A stretch of DNA of 64,000 bases from Candidatus Krumholzibacteriales bacterium. Lineage in GTDB: Bacteria > Krumholzibacteriota > Krumholzibacteriia > Krumholzibacteriales > WJIX01. Shown here one piece after another: positions 10,889 to 21,041 of the stretch; within the stretch, counting starts at the first letter, position 1; the number at the start of each line of letters is the position of its first letter. The DNA lies in NCBI GenBank assembly GCA_046483305.1, contig JAWODM010000062.1:1-64000 (forward strand). The letters run 5' to 3'. The notes under the pieces were generated by a model. It was not told where the DNA came from. It made no database searches and was given only the letters and a program-made list of their open reading frames with translations. The translations under genes were made by a program, and so were the position numbers.

Positions 10889-11701
10889 ATGAGCTTGTAT
10901 AAGAGATCCATAAGCAGCATATCAAATGAAAGGACCTACCAGAACAGGTCTCTGGATCCGTTCGTGGATAATATCTCCATGCTGGAAAGCAGGCTTGAGG
11001 ATACCCGGCCGCTTACCGATTCCCGTTATCCCGCCAGAAGGGCGCTGGACATCTTTACAGGTATAATAACTCTTCTGCTGGTTTCTCCTGTCATAGCTGT
11101 TGCCGCAGTCCTTATTAAACTGGAATCAAGGGGCCCGGTTTTCTATAAGCAGGAGAGAATAGGGCTTAACCGCAGGAATAGCGACAGAAGAAGAGATCCT
11201 TCCGCGCGGGCCAGGGACGACAGCGACAGGCGCACTGGTACAGACCGAAGGCAGAATTCGGAAGCAGGCAAGCCTTTCATAATGTACAAACTCAGAACCA
11301 TGAAAACAGACGCTGAAAAGAACGGCCCCGCTCTTGCCTCCCAAAACGATTCAAGGATAACCAGAGTAGGAAAGATTCTCAGAAAGACCAGAGTAGATGA
11401 GCTGCCCCAGTTCATAAATGTTATCCGCGGGGATATGACTCTGATAGGGCCTCGTCCCGAAAGATCGTTTTACATCAGGACCCTCTCCAGGGATGTGCCT
11501 CAGTTTCCTCTACGCTTGAAAACAAAACCGGGCATTACCGGCCTGGCTCAGGTAGAGTCCGGTTACGCTGATACATTCGAAGCGATGAAGACAAAGCTCA
11601 TATACGATCTCCAGTATATCCTCAGTAAATCACTGCTTCAGGACCTGGCGATCGTTCTCAAGACTTTCTATGTGGTAGTCTCCGGAAGGGGAGCCCAGTA
11701 A
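10889..11701 (+). CDS. Priming phosphoglycosyl transferase (WcaJ/PglC bacterial sugar transferase domain) with Arg-rich insertion
   Basis: RRALD, IKLESRGPVFYKQERIG, KLRTM, DELPQ, IGPRPE, KPGITGLAQV. Confidence 0.92.
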   Translation: MSLYKRSISSISNERTYQNRSLDPFVDNISMLESRLEDTRPLTDSRYPARRALDIFTGIITLLLVSPVIAVAAVLIKLESRGPVFYKQERIGLNRRNSDRRRDPSARARDDSDRRTGTDRRQNSEAGKPFIMYKLRTMKTDAEKNGPALASQNDSRITRVGKILRKTRVDELPQFINVIRGDMTLIGPRPERSFYIRTLSRDVPQFPLRLKTKPGITGLAQVESGYADTFEAMKTKLIYDLQYILSKSLLQDLAIVLKTFYVVVSGRGAQ

Positions 11702-11802
11702 AGTCCGCCCTGTCCCATGTCCGGGATATATTTCCAAGCATGAAAACGGAATAGCTTGACCTGGAAGACGGTTCATTTTAAACTCATCTCCGGTGAACAG
11801 TT

Positions 11803-13824
11803 ATGAAAATGAGCAGGTTTATAATAATATTCAGTTCCTTTTTTCTCCTGGTCCTTGCGGTGACGATATTTCTGCCCAGGAGAGCGGCGGTATTCTCTTT
11901 TCCGGTGGTAATAATAGTTTCGGTATTTCTGGCAAGGTATTACAGTTCCAGGCATAAAAGAAAAGTTGAGACAGTCCGCAGGAATCTGCGTAACCTGAGG
12001 AGCGAGGGCCTTTATATAGAAGAAAGAATACATGAGAGCGGAGACATTTTCTACAACACCCTGCTGGCAATACTGAAGGACATGGAGAGAACCATGTTCA
12101 AACTGGTTGAAAAGAATATACAGTTACTGAGCCTGAAGGAAATCGGCAGGAATATTATAAGCTCGCTTGACGAGAAGAAGCTGGTTGAATCCATGTTCGA
12201 CTATCTGATGCAGGGTGTGGGATACAAGGAGGTTGCACTGCTGATGCTGAGGCGCAGCAGGAATATGATTCAGGCTATTGTCAATATTGAAAAGGGCAGC
12301 AGGGTAGTCAGGCGGGTGATTAATTTTGATCTGGACAGCCTGGATGGAGCGGTGATGGAATCGCTCAAATCGAGCAAACCGTTCATGATAAAGGATGCGG
12401 CGATGCATCCGCTCCCGGTGATCGACGGCAAGGAGCTGTTCCCGGAGAGCACCCTGTCCTCATTCATATGCGTGCCTCTTCTCAAGAACTCCCAGGAAGT
12501 CGTATGTGGCAACGAGGAGTACTGCATACTGGCCGCCGAAGGCGAGAGGGACCAATATTATCTGTGTGATAACAGGTGCCTGTCCTGCTCCGAGATCCCG
12601 ATGCTGGGAGCTCTTATAGTGACCGATGGGTACCGGGCGACCCCGCTGACTAAAATAGACCAGGTTACCATTGAGACGGTAGGTTCCCTGGTCAGCGCAA
12701 ATATAGAAAACTGGGGCCTGTATCAGAACCTCAAACAGGAGGAGAGGTTCAGAACCAAAATTCTGGAGGGAATGATACATGGATTAATTGTAACCGACCT
12801 GGAGGGTAATATCACATTCGTTAACAGGAGTACGGAGATCCTTACACAGAAACCGGCGGATGAACTGGAGGGGAGGAGCCTTTTTGACCTGATAGTGGAT
12901 ATAGAGGGCGGAGTTAACGAACAGACTTTTTTCGATACACTGTATCTGGACGGGGCGATTAATTTCCGGGAGGCATACCTCAGGGGAGGGGATGGATTTG
13001 AAATACCTATCCGGATGAACGTTTCCAGATTCATTGGCGAAAGCGAAGAACTCCAGGGAGCCATAGTTCTTTTTGTGGACATCAGCGACATCAAAGAGAT
13101 GGAAAAAGAGATCAGGCAGCTTGACAGGCTGGCCGCCCTGGGACGGTTTACCTCTGCGATAGCTCATGAAATCAGGAATCCCCTTACCGGGATAGGCGCC
13201 GGGATCCAGTATCTGAAGAGAAGCAGCGATTTTGATGAGGAGCAGAGAGCGAGCATTGAATCGATACTCAGCGAAGTGAGCCGGCTGGACAGGATCATAA
13301 GCGACCTGTTCAAGGTCGCCAAACCCAGGGGCATACTTTATCAGAAAACTGATATTTCGAAAATTATTGAAAAGAGTTATAATTCGGTCAGTGAGGTATT
13401 GAGGGAGAACTCCGTGGAGTTCGAACTTCAGGTTGACGATGATATGCCGGAGGTTGAATTAGACCCTGACCAGATAAGCCAGGTACTCATTAACCTGATA
13501 AAGAATTCAGCCGAATCTTTTGAAGGCGGGGGGGGAAGAGTAGTGGTAACCGCCGGGGTGGACAGGAAGCCGGAAAAGGATAACGGAATGGCCGCCAGGA
13601 GGTTTAAAATAAAGGTAATTGATAACGGCTGCGGAATAGACGAAAAGCATATCGACAGGATATTCGAACCTTTCTACTCACGCAAGAACAGTGGCACAGG
13701 GCTGGGATTGTACATCAGCCACAGTATTATTCAGCATCATCATGGAAGGATAGAGGTTGAATCTGAAGCCGGCAAGGGAACCACATTCACATTGATACTA
13801 CCAAAGGGCAAACACGGAGGTTGA
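11803..13824 (+). CDS. Membrane GAF-PAS sensor histidine kinase (NtrB/AtoS-like)
   Basis: 2 TM, GAF, PAS, AHEIRNPL H box, NLIKNS N box, DNGCGI, GTGLGL. Confidence 0.92.
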   Translation: MKMSRFIIIFSSFFLLVLAVTIFLPRRAAVFSFPVVIIVSVFLARYYSSRHKRKVETVRRNLRNLRSEGLYIEERIHESGDIFYNTLLAILKDMERTMFKLVEKNIQLLSLKEIGRNIISSLDEKKLVESMFDYLMQGVGYKEVALLMLRRSRNMIQAIVNIEKGSRVVRRVINFDLDSLDGAVMESLKSSKPFMIKDAAMHPLPVIDGKELFPESTLSSFICVPLLKNSQEVVCGNEEYCILAAEGERDQYYLCDNRCLSCSEIPMLGALIVTDGYRATPLTKIDQVTIETVGSLVSANIENWGLYQNLKQEERFRTKILEGMIHGLIVTDLEGNITFVNRSTEILTQKPADELEGRSLFDLIVDIEGGVNEQTFFDTLYLDGAINFREAYLRGGDGFEIPIRMNVSRFIGESEELQGAIVLFVDISDIKEMEKEIRQLDRLAALGRFTSAIAHEIRNPLTGIGAGIQYLKRSSDFDEEQRASIESILSEVSRLDRIISDLFKVAKPRGILYQKTDISKIIEKSYNSVSEVLRENSVEFELQVDDDMPEVELDPDQISQVLINLIKNSAESFEGGGGRVVVTAGVDRKPEKDNGMAARRFKIKVIDNGCGIDEKHIDRIFEPFYSRKNSGTGLGLYISHSIIQHHHGRIEVESEAGKGTTFTLILPKGKHGG

Positions 13825-13831
13825 TTTAAAA

Positions 13832-15238
13832 TTGAAACCGCTAATTCTTCTGGTCGACGATGAAGACACTATCAGGCTTTTCCTTGAGAAAACGCTCAGG
13901 GACGAAGGTTACGAGACGTTTACAGCCGAGAACGGCACCAGGGCCCTCCAGATAGTGGAAAGAGAGCTTCCCGACCTGGTTCTTCTTGACCTCAAGCTCC
14001 CGGATATCAGCGGGCTTCAGGTATTGGAAAAAGTAAAAAACGAGTACCCGGAAATCTGCATAGTGATGCTTACCGCTTTTGGGGATATAGAAACCGCGGT
14101 CTCAGCCATGAAAAAAGGAGCTTTTGATTTCGTAAGCAAGCCGGTGAACCTGGACCAGCTGCTCTTTGTAGTGGAAAAGGGCCTGGAATCCCAGAGATTG
14201 AACAGGGAGTTGATTAATCTCAGGCGCCGTATAGAACTCGACTTCGATAAGGATTACGTTCCTGGACGGAGCGAAAGTATGCGGAAGATCTACAGTGTGG
14301 TCAAAACAGTGGCGGCCAGCGATACCACCACGGTGCTGATTCAGGGAGAAAGCGGTACCGGTAAGGAGATGATAGCAAACTTTATCCATAAATTCAGCCC
14401 CAGGAATAAAAAGGCATTCATGGAGGTCAACTGCGCATCCCTTCCGGAGGAATTGCTGGAGAGCGAGCTGTTCGGACACGAAAAGGGGGCATTCACCGAT
14501 GCCAAGAACAGAAAGCTGGGCCTCCTTGAGCTCGCCGACGGAGGGACCCTGTTTCTCGACGAGATAGGCGAGATGAGTATGACCATCCAGGTCAAGCTTC
14601 TGCGGGTCCTGGAAAAGATGACTTTCAGGAGGGTAGGAGGGACCAAGGACCTCAAGGTGGATGTCCGTATTATATCTGCCACCAACAGGGACCTTGTCAC
14701 GGCTGTGGAAGAAAAGAAATTCAGGGAAGACCTCTATTACCGTCTTAAAGTGGTACCGATTAATATACCCCCTCTGCGGGAGAGGCAGGAAGACCTGTTC
14801 GCGCTGGTGATGCATTTCCTGGATAAATTCAACAGTAAATTCCGGAAGAATTTCCAGGAGATAGCAGACGATACATTCCAGAAGCTCCTGGAATACAAGT
14901 GGCCCGGCAATATCAGAGAGCTGAGGAATGTCATAGAGAGAATAGTCCTTCTCGAGGATGACCGGGTATTACGGGTGGAGCACCTTCCCTTGAGTATGAG
15001 CAGGGGGGTTTCTCTGAGCGACCAGTCCCTGATCAACCGGATCAAGGTGGCCCTGAACAAACCGTACCCTCAGAATGGCATAGAATTCGAAGATATAATC
15101 AACCACCTGCAGAGGGAATTTATAGCTAAAGCGATGCGCGAGGCCGGCGAAAATCAGAGCAGAGCGGCCAAGCTGCTGAACCTGAACCGTGATAAACTGC
15201 GTTACCGGTTAAAGAATCTCGACTTTGAGGATGAGTGA
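13832..15238 (+). CDS. Sigma54-dependent response regulator (NtrC/AtoC family)
   Basis: Receiver domain, GESGTGKE, GAFTDA loop, FLDEIGE, FREDLYYRL, WPGNIREL, Fis-type HTH. Confidence 0.95.
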   Translation: MKPLILLVDDEDTIRLFLEKTLRDEGYETFTAENGTRALQIVERELPDLVLLDLKLPDISGLQVLEKVKNEYPEICIVMLTAFGDIETAVSAMKKGAFDFVSKPVNLDQLLFVVEKGLESQRLNRELINLRRRIELDFDKDYVPGRSESMRKIYSVVKTVAASDTTTVLIQGESGTGKEMIANFIHKFSPRNKKAFMEVNCASLPEELLESELFGHEKGAFTDAKNRKLGLLELADGGTLFLDEIGEMSMTIQVKLLRVLEKMTFRRVGGTKDLKVDVRIISATNRDLVTAVEEKKFREDLYYRLKVVPINIPPLRERQEDLFALVMHFLDKFNSKFRKNFQEIADDTFQKLLEYKWPGNIRELRNVIERIVLLEDDRVLRVEHLPLSMSRGVSLSDQSLINRIKVALNKPYPQNGIEFEDIINHLQREFIAKAMREAGENQSRAAKLLNLNRDKLRYRLKNLDFEDE

Positions 15239-15765
15239 GCAGGATGAAGTTGAATGCCGTAAAGTTACTTATGCTGGCGGCGGCTGTTCTGGCAGCCGCG
15301 GGCTCCTGCGGGTATTACGGAACTACCAGCCGGGTGGCGGGAGATATAAAGAAGATATATATACCATACCTGGATAATGAAACTCCCGAACCGAGTGTGG
15401 AGATAGAGATCACCGAGAGAATTATAGACGGGATTATAAAGGATAATACTCTCAAGGTAGTCGACGAGGACGAGGCGGATGCTGTACTGGAGGGCTCGGT
15501 GGTGAAATACGCCAACGAGCCGTACACTTATTCGGAGAGGAGTTCACAGAACATCCGGGCTGAGCAGTACAGGCTGACCATAGGGATCAGGGTTTCCCTG
15601 TACGACAGCTCCGGGGATGAATATGTCTGGGAAAACAAGACCCTGGAGGGTAAGGGAGATTACTTTCTGGAATCAAGCCAGGAACAGAATTATGAGGACG
15701 CCAGGGAGAATGTCTACACCGATCTGGTGGACGGCATACTCTCCAGTACTCTGCAGGACTGGTAA
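15235..15765 (+). CDS. lptE: LPS assembly lipoprotein LptE family
   Basis: Lipobox AGSCGY, IKKIYIP, ADAVLEG, ends DW; adjacent to holA. Confidence 0.8.
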   Translation: MSRMKLNAVKLLMLAAAVLAAAGSCGYYGTTSRVAGDIKKIYIPYLDNETPEPSVEIEITERIIDGIIKDNTLKVVDEDEADAVLEGSVVKYANEPYTYSERSSQNIRAEQYRLTIGIRVSLYDSSGDEYVWENKTLEGKGDYFLESSQEQNYEDARENVYTDLVDGILSSTLQDW

Positions 15766-15767
15766 AA

Positions 15768-16808
15768 ATGGGCAATAATCTCAATAAATTCAGAAAGATT
15801 TTCAAGGAGGCTGAGAAAAGCCGGGAATGCCCTGTCTTTCTGCTCAAGGGCCGGGAAGAATTCATAATGAACCAGCTTGCCGAAAAGATTATTTCATCCG
15901 TGGTCGATGAAAGCCTCAGGAGTTTTAACCTTTCCGTCGAATATGCCGATCAGACAGAGATGTCAGATTTCATATCAGACGCCAATTCATACCCATTCAT
16001 GGCGGAGAGGAAGGTCCTGGTACTCAGAGAGCTGGAAAAACTCAAGGGCAGCTGTTCCAGACTGGCGGGATACTGCGGCGATCCGGCCTCAACCAGCGTG
16101 GTTATAATCATATATAACACTCATAATGAATTGGGGAGGAGAAACAGGCAGCCTTCAGGTTACAAGAAACTGGAGGAAGCGGTGAACCGCAGAGGAAAGG
16201 TTTACCAGTTCGGGAAGTTATCGGAGGCCGACACGGTCAGATGGATCAGGGGGCGGTGCAGGAAGATGAAAGTCGAGATAAGCACCGGGGCAGCCAGGGC
16301 TATAGTCAGCAGCATAGGGGACAACCTCTATGACATCATGAATGAACTCCGGAAGCTGGGTATACTATTTCAGGGAGGAAAAGTAGAGGCTGAGGACCTC
16401 GAAGAGATCATAGGAAGATACCGGCTAAACGCCGTCTATGACCTGACCGACAGCCTCAGGCCCGGCAATGAAACCGGATCGCTGGGCATACTGCTCCGAA
16501 TATTAAACTCTGGAGCTGAAAATCCCTCTGTGTTAATATACAATCTGATCAGGCATTTTCTTGATCTTTTGAAGATTCAATCCGGATACAGGGCCGGTGG
16601 ATACTGGTACCGGAAATTAAAAAAACAGGCTGACGCTTTCGGGCGAAGGGATGTCCTTCTCTGGCTGGAGAATCTCAGGGTGGCCGACCTGGATATAAAG
16701 AGCAGCCTTCTGCCGGATGAACTTGTAATAATGAACTGTTTCATGAACTCTATTAATGGAAGGTTATACGGCAGGACAGGAAGACATTTTATTCTCAGAG
16801 CGGGATAA
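15768..16808 (+). CDS. holA: DNA polymerase III delta subunit
   Basis: PVFLLKGREEF, FN...PFMAERKVLV, NELRKL; lptE-holA synteny. Confidence 0.85.
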   Translation: MGNNLNKFRKIFKEAEKSRECPVFLLKGREEFIMNQLAEKIISSVVDESLRSFNLSVEYADQTEMSDFISDANSYPFMAERKVLVLRELEKLKGSCSRLAGYCGDPASTSVVIIIYNTHNELGRRNRQPSGYKKLEEAVNRRGKVYQFGKLSEADTVRWIRGRCRKMKVEISTGAARAIVSSIGDNLYDIMNELRKLGILFQGGKVEAEDLEEIIGRYRLNAVYDLTDSLRPGNETGSLGILLRILNSGAENPSVLIYNLIRHFLDLLKIQSGYRAGGYWYRKLKKQADAFGRRDVLLWLENLRVADLDIKSSLLPDELVIMNCFMNSINGRLYGRTGRHFILRAG

Positions 16809-16811
16809 GGA

Positions 16812-17159
16812 TTGGAGGTCGATGTGGAAAAAACGATTAAGGAGATTGAAGACAGGGATTTCAACAGCGAAATAATGAATTCTGATAAACCTGTGGTTGT
16901 CGATTTCTGGGCAAACTGGTGCGTTCCCTGCAAACGCCTGGAGGAAGTGATTGAAGAGGTTGCTGAGAAATACAAAGGGGATATAAACTTCTGCAAGGTA
17001 GACGTGATAAGCAACCGGGAGATTACTTCAAGATACGGCGTCAAGAACCTTCCGCATCTTCTGTTTATAAAGAAGGGAAAGGTAATAGACAGAACGGCCG
17101 GTTCAATCTCAAGGGATATCCTGGAGAAGAAACTGGATACTCTGGTCGAATCTACTTGA
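16812..17159 (+). CDS. Thioredoxin
   Basis: PVVVDFWANWCVPCK CxxC motif, YGVKNLP. Confidence 0.9.
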   Translation: MEVDVEKTIKEIEDRDFNSEIMNSDKPVVVDFWANWCVPCKRLEEVIEEVAEKYKGDINFCKVDVISNREITSRYGVKNLPHLLFIKKGKVIDRTAGSISRDILEKKLDTLVEST

Positions 17160-17238
17160 TGCAGTATTTCTCAAACTTTATTATTCAACCTGATATTTAT
17201 TTATTTGAGATATTTATCTCAGTAAACAGGACATTGAG

Positions 17239-17481
17239 ATGATAAGGAAAGAGGAGAAATTAATAGCCAGGGGGCTCAATCCTCCCGGCCCGCTTCTGAT
17301 GCTCAAGAAGAAACTGAAGGAGATCGAGTACAGCGGGAACCTCAGGATTATTGTATCAAACATCGATGCCGCCGACGAAATAATAACCTATTTCAGAGAA
17401 ATATCAGCGGATTACGAGCTTGACCGGGTAGGCGACGACTACCATCTAATCATGAATCTTGACAGCTATGAGGAAGTATAG
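17239..17481 (+). CDS. TusA/SirA-fold small protein lacking the CPxP cysteine
   Basis: [11 protein letters not shown] aligns with TusA DARGLxCPxP; 80 aa; no Cys in the protein. Confidence 0.7.
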   Translation: MIRKEEKLIARGLNPPGPLLMLKKKLKEIEYSGNLRIIVSNIDAADEIITYFREISADYELDRVGDDYHLIMNLDSYEEV

Positions 17482-17483
17482 GC

Positions 17484-19979
17484 ATGAGTGATCATTTCCC
17501 CTTCAAGGAATGCGAAGACAAATGGAGAGAACGCTGGGAATCTCTTTTCAGGTGCGATCTGGAGAGCCCCGGAGAATTGTTCTACTGTCTGATGATGTTC
17601 CCTTATCCATCCGGTAACCTGCACGTGGGCCATGGAAGGAACTACATCATAGGGGACGCTCTGGCAAGGATAAAGATGATGGAGGGTTACAACGTGCTGG
17701 CGCCGATGGGCTGGGATTCATTCGGACTTCCCGCTGAGAACGCCGCCATAAAGAACAATATAGACCCCGCAGAGTGGACCGACCGTAATATCTCAGAGAT
17801 GAAAAAACAGTTTTATCAGTGGGGAGTTATCTACGACTGGTCGCGTGAGATAGCCTCATGCAAACCGGAATACTACAAGTGGACACAGTACCTGTTCGTT
17901 CAGTTGTACAAAGCCGGACTGGCTTACCGCGAGGAATCAGCGGTAAACTGGTGTCCGTCATGCAAAACGGTTCTGGCCAATGAACAGGTGGTGGGGGGAG
18001 AGTGCGAAAGGTGCGGGCAGCAGGTTTCAGACAAGAAGCTCAAGCAGTGGTTCTTCCGGATTACAGATTACGCGGACCGGCTGATCGATGACCTTGAGAT
18101 TCTCGATAACTGGCCCCGCCGGGTCATAACCATGCAGAAGAACTGGATAGGAAGAAGCGAGGGTGTGGAGATTGAATTCGGCATCGACGGAATGGATGAA
18201 ACGCTGGCCTGTTTCACCACCAGAATAGACACTATTTACGGCGTCACTTTCCTGGCTATCGCCGCAGAACACCCCATGGCGGAGAAGCTGCTCCGGAAGG
18301 GAGGAAGAGAGAAGGAGGGAGGGGAGTTTATTTCGCGCCAGAAGAGCCTGAAGAGGGAAGAACGCACTGAAAAGAACAAGGAAGGTTTCTTTACCGGCTG
18401 TTATGCCGTCAATCCTGCTGATTCGAGAAAGATACCGGTATTTATAACAGGTTACGTTCTGATGGATTATGGCACAGGGGTGGTTATGGGAGTTCCCGCC
18501 CATGACCAGCGAGACTTTGAGTTCGCAGGGGAGATAGATATGGATATACCGGTTATCCAGGTGATTAAGCCGGAAGATGAACCGGAAAAGGAGCTGGAGC
18601 AGGCGTACGTGGATGACGGCGTGATGATTAACTCGGCTGGGTACAACGGACTCTCCAACCTGGACGCCATGGAAAGGATTACGGATGACTTTGAGAAGAA
18701 AGGCGCCGCCGTAAGGACCATCAATTATAAGCTCAGAGACTGGCTGATATCAAGGCAGCGTTACTGGGGAGCCCCCATACCGGTCATTTACTGCGATAAA
18801 TGCGGGATAAACCCGGTCCCGGCTGAGGACCTTCCGGTGCTGCTTCCCGAAGACGTCGATTTCATACCCGCCGGAGACGGCAAATCGCCGCTGGCCAGGT
18901 CAGAGAGTTTTGTGAATACCGAATGCCCCGGATGCGGCGGCCCGGCCAGAAGAGAGACTGATACCATGGATACCTTCGTGGATTCCAGCTGGTATTTCCT
19001 GAGGTATATTTCGCCGCACGATCAGGACAGGCCTTTCGACAGAGAGCTGGCAGACAGGTGTATGCCTGTGGATCAGTACATCGGCGGGGTGGAACACGCT
19101 ATTCTGCATCTTCTGTATTCAAGATTCATAGTCAAGTTCCTCTACGATCAGGAAGAGGTTAATTTCAGGGAGCCGTTCAAGAATCTCTTCACTCAGGGGA
19201 TGATTACCAGAAACGGGGCCAAGATGTCTAAAAGCGCCGGAAATGTGGTAAACCCGCAACCACTTATTGACAGGTTCGGGGCCGATACTGTGCGGATATA
19301 TACCCTGTTCATAGGACCCCCGGAGAAGGACGCTGAATGGAACGACCGGGCGGTGGAAGGAGCTTACCGCTTTGTGAACAGGGTCTGGCGGCTCTACAGC
19401 TCGTACGGCTCATTCCTGGACGGCAGCCGGTTCGAAACGGGCGAAATAGACCCAGAAGAGATGAGCCCGGACCATCTTGGGCTCTACAGCAAGGTACAGC
19501 AGACCATATCAAAGATCAGGGAAGACCTTCTGACCGGCGATTCTTTCCATTTTAATACCTCTATAAGCGCCCTGATGGAGCTTACCAACGAAATCTATTC
19601 ATTTCTGCTCGATTATGACCCTGAAGAAGGCCCGAATCGAGACCTTTTCATCTATTCCTTCGGCATTCTGGTTCTTCTCCTGAGCCCGATAGCGCCTCAT
19701 CTCTGTGAGGAAATCAGGGAAAGGTGCGGTTTCTCCTCAACCGTCTTCGGAGAAGAAATCCCCGAGCCGGATGAGGATTACATCGAGAGCGATACCTTTA
19801 CTCTGGTCATTCAGGTCAACGGGAAGGTAAGAGCAAGGGTGGAGGCTGAAAACGACAGCAGCAGGGATGAACTGAAGGATATCGCCCTCAATAACGAACG
19901 GATACGGGAGCTGATCGGATCGAAGGAAGTCAGGAAGGTCATAGTAGTACCGGGACGGCTGGTTAATATCGTGGCCTGA
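17484..19979 (+). CDS. leuS: Leucine-tRNA ligase
   Basis: [26 protein letters not shown] editing motif, [14 protein letters not shown]. Confidence 0.98.
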   Translation: MSDHFPFKECEDKWRERWESLFRCDLESPGELFYCLMMFPYPSGNLHVGHGRNYIIGDALARIKMMEGYNVLAPMGWDSFGLPAENAAIKNNIDPAEWTDRNISEMKKQFYQWGVIYDWSREIASCKPEYYKWTQYLFVQLYKAGLAYREESAVNWCPSCKTVLANEQVVGGECERCGQQVSDKKLKQWFFRITDYADRLIDDLEILDNWPRRVITMQKNWIGRSEGVEIEFGIDGMDETLACFTTRIDTIYGVTFLAIAAEHPMAEKLLRKGGREKEGGEFISRQKSLKREERTEKNKEGFFTGCYAVNPADSRKIPVFITGYVLMDYGTGVVMGVPAHDQRDFEFAGEIDMDIPVIQVIKPEDEPEKELEQAYVDDGVMINSAGYNGLSNLDAMERITDDFEKKGAAVRTINYKLRDWLISRQRYWGAPIPVIYCDKCGINPVPAEDLPVLLPEDVDFIPAGDGKSPLARSESFVNTECPGCGGPARRETDTMDTFVDSSWYFLRYISPHDQDRPFDRELADRCMPVDQYIGGVEHAILHLLYSRFIVKFLYDQEEVNFREPFKNLFTQGMITRNGAKMSKSAGNVVNPQPLIDRFGADTVRIYTLFIGPPEKDAEWNDRAVEGAYRFVNRVWRLYSSYGSFLDGSRFETGEIDPEEMSPDHLGLYSKVQQTISKIREDLLTGDSFHFNTSISALMELTNEIYSFLLDYDPEEGPNRDLFIYSFGILVLLLSPIAPHLCEEIRERCGFSSTVFGEEIPEPDEDYIESDTFTLVIQVNGKVRARVEAENDSSRDELKDIALNNERIRELIGSKEVRKVIVVPGRLVNIVA

Positions 19980-20066
19980 CGTTCTGGTTCCGGATATCTG
20001 AATCATTAATTCCTATGATAAGCTGGAAGCCCCATTAGCAGATATGTGATGAAGTATATATCCATT

Positions 20067-20094
20067 GGTTAACATAATATATATTATGCGACAT
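20067..20094 (-). other. dif site (XerC/XerD chromosome dimer resolution site)
   Basis: Minus strand ATGTCGCATAA-TATATA-TTATGTTAACC versus E. coli dif GGTGCGCATAA-TGTATA-TTATGTTAAAT; intergenic, at the strand-bias switch. Confidence 0.88.
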
Positions 20095-20196
20095 TCAGTC
20101 CCCGCCACCATCTCTCTTATCTTATTATATCCAATCCACTTCCCTGCCTTTAAATTCTCCTGTAAGTGGAAATATCTCTATTAGAAAGGCTCGAAA

Positions 20197-20862
20197 TTAC
20201 CTTGAAAGAATATCTATCCTGACCCTGATCTTTTTCTCGGCAAGACCGTCCCTCAAAGGCAGAAGCTCATTCAGGACCTCAACTGCTTTGCTGTCCATTC
20301 CGGCGAGCTCATAACACTCCGCTGCCTTCTCCAGATATACAGCCTTTTCTTCGTCTTCCTTTTCTGCATCGGCCAGCTCCGAGTACATTTCCGCCGCTTT
20401 TTCGAATTCACGGTTATTCTCGAGCGAAGTAGCGATGGAACGCCGTGCGGCTTCCCTGAAGAACGGGTATTTCCCCGCTTTTTCCAGGTAATCGCGGAAA
20501 TGCCTGATCGCTTCGGTGTAATTTCCGGTCGCGTTGGCAACTTTGCCAAGATAGTATGATGCGTAAGCTCCTTCTCTGGTTCCACCGTAGTTGTCGCGTA
20601 CAATCTCAAATATCTGGCCCGCTGACTTCATATCACCCGAATAGAAGAAAAGAGTAGCCTCTGAGAAACGGTTGGCAGCCTCTATTCTGGCTTCCTCCCT
20701 GCTGTTATTGACCCAGAAGGTCCCGGCAACTATCAGTATAAGGGCGATCAGGGCTATAAATACGACATTCTGATGAGTTTTTATATATTCGTACCCTCTC
20801 AGAAAGAAATCTATAAATGGATCTTCCTTGAGAGCATGTTTGTCAAGTTTCTTTTTAGCCAC
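20197..20862 (-). CDS. Membrane-anchored TPR protein (YfgM-like)
   Basis: GGAGG RBS, LKED N-terminus, single TM, TPR repeats. Confidence 0.75.
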   Translation of the reverse strand: MAKKKLDKHALKEDPFIDFFLRGYEYIKTHQNVVFIALIALILIVAGTFWVNNSREEARIEAANRFSEATLFFYSGDMKSAGQIFEIVRDNYGGTREGAYASYYLGKVANATGNYTEAIRHFRDYLEKAGKYPFFREAARRSIATSLENNREFEKAAEMYSELADAEKEDEEKAVYLEKAAECYELAGMDSKAVEVLNELLPLRDGLAEKKIRVRIDILSR

Positions 20863-21041
20863 TTTTCTGTACCTCCTTCGGTCTTTAACATAAGCCGTTT
20901 TTTAGATATTTACAAGCAAATAATACAGATATCAATATTTTAATCAACAGCAGAAATATGTCCGATATTCGGATAAAAAATTTGGTTTGACAGCGGTATT
21001 CCTATTTGAGAAAATCAGTTATCATTTCAAGGGAGCGCGCC

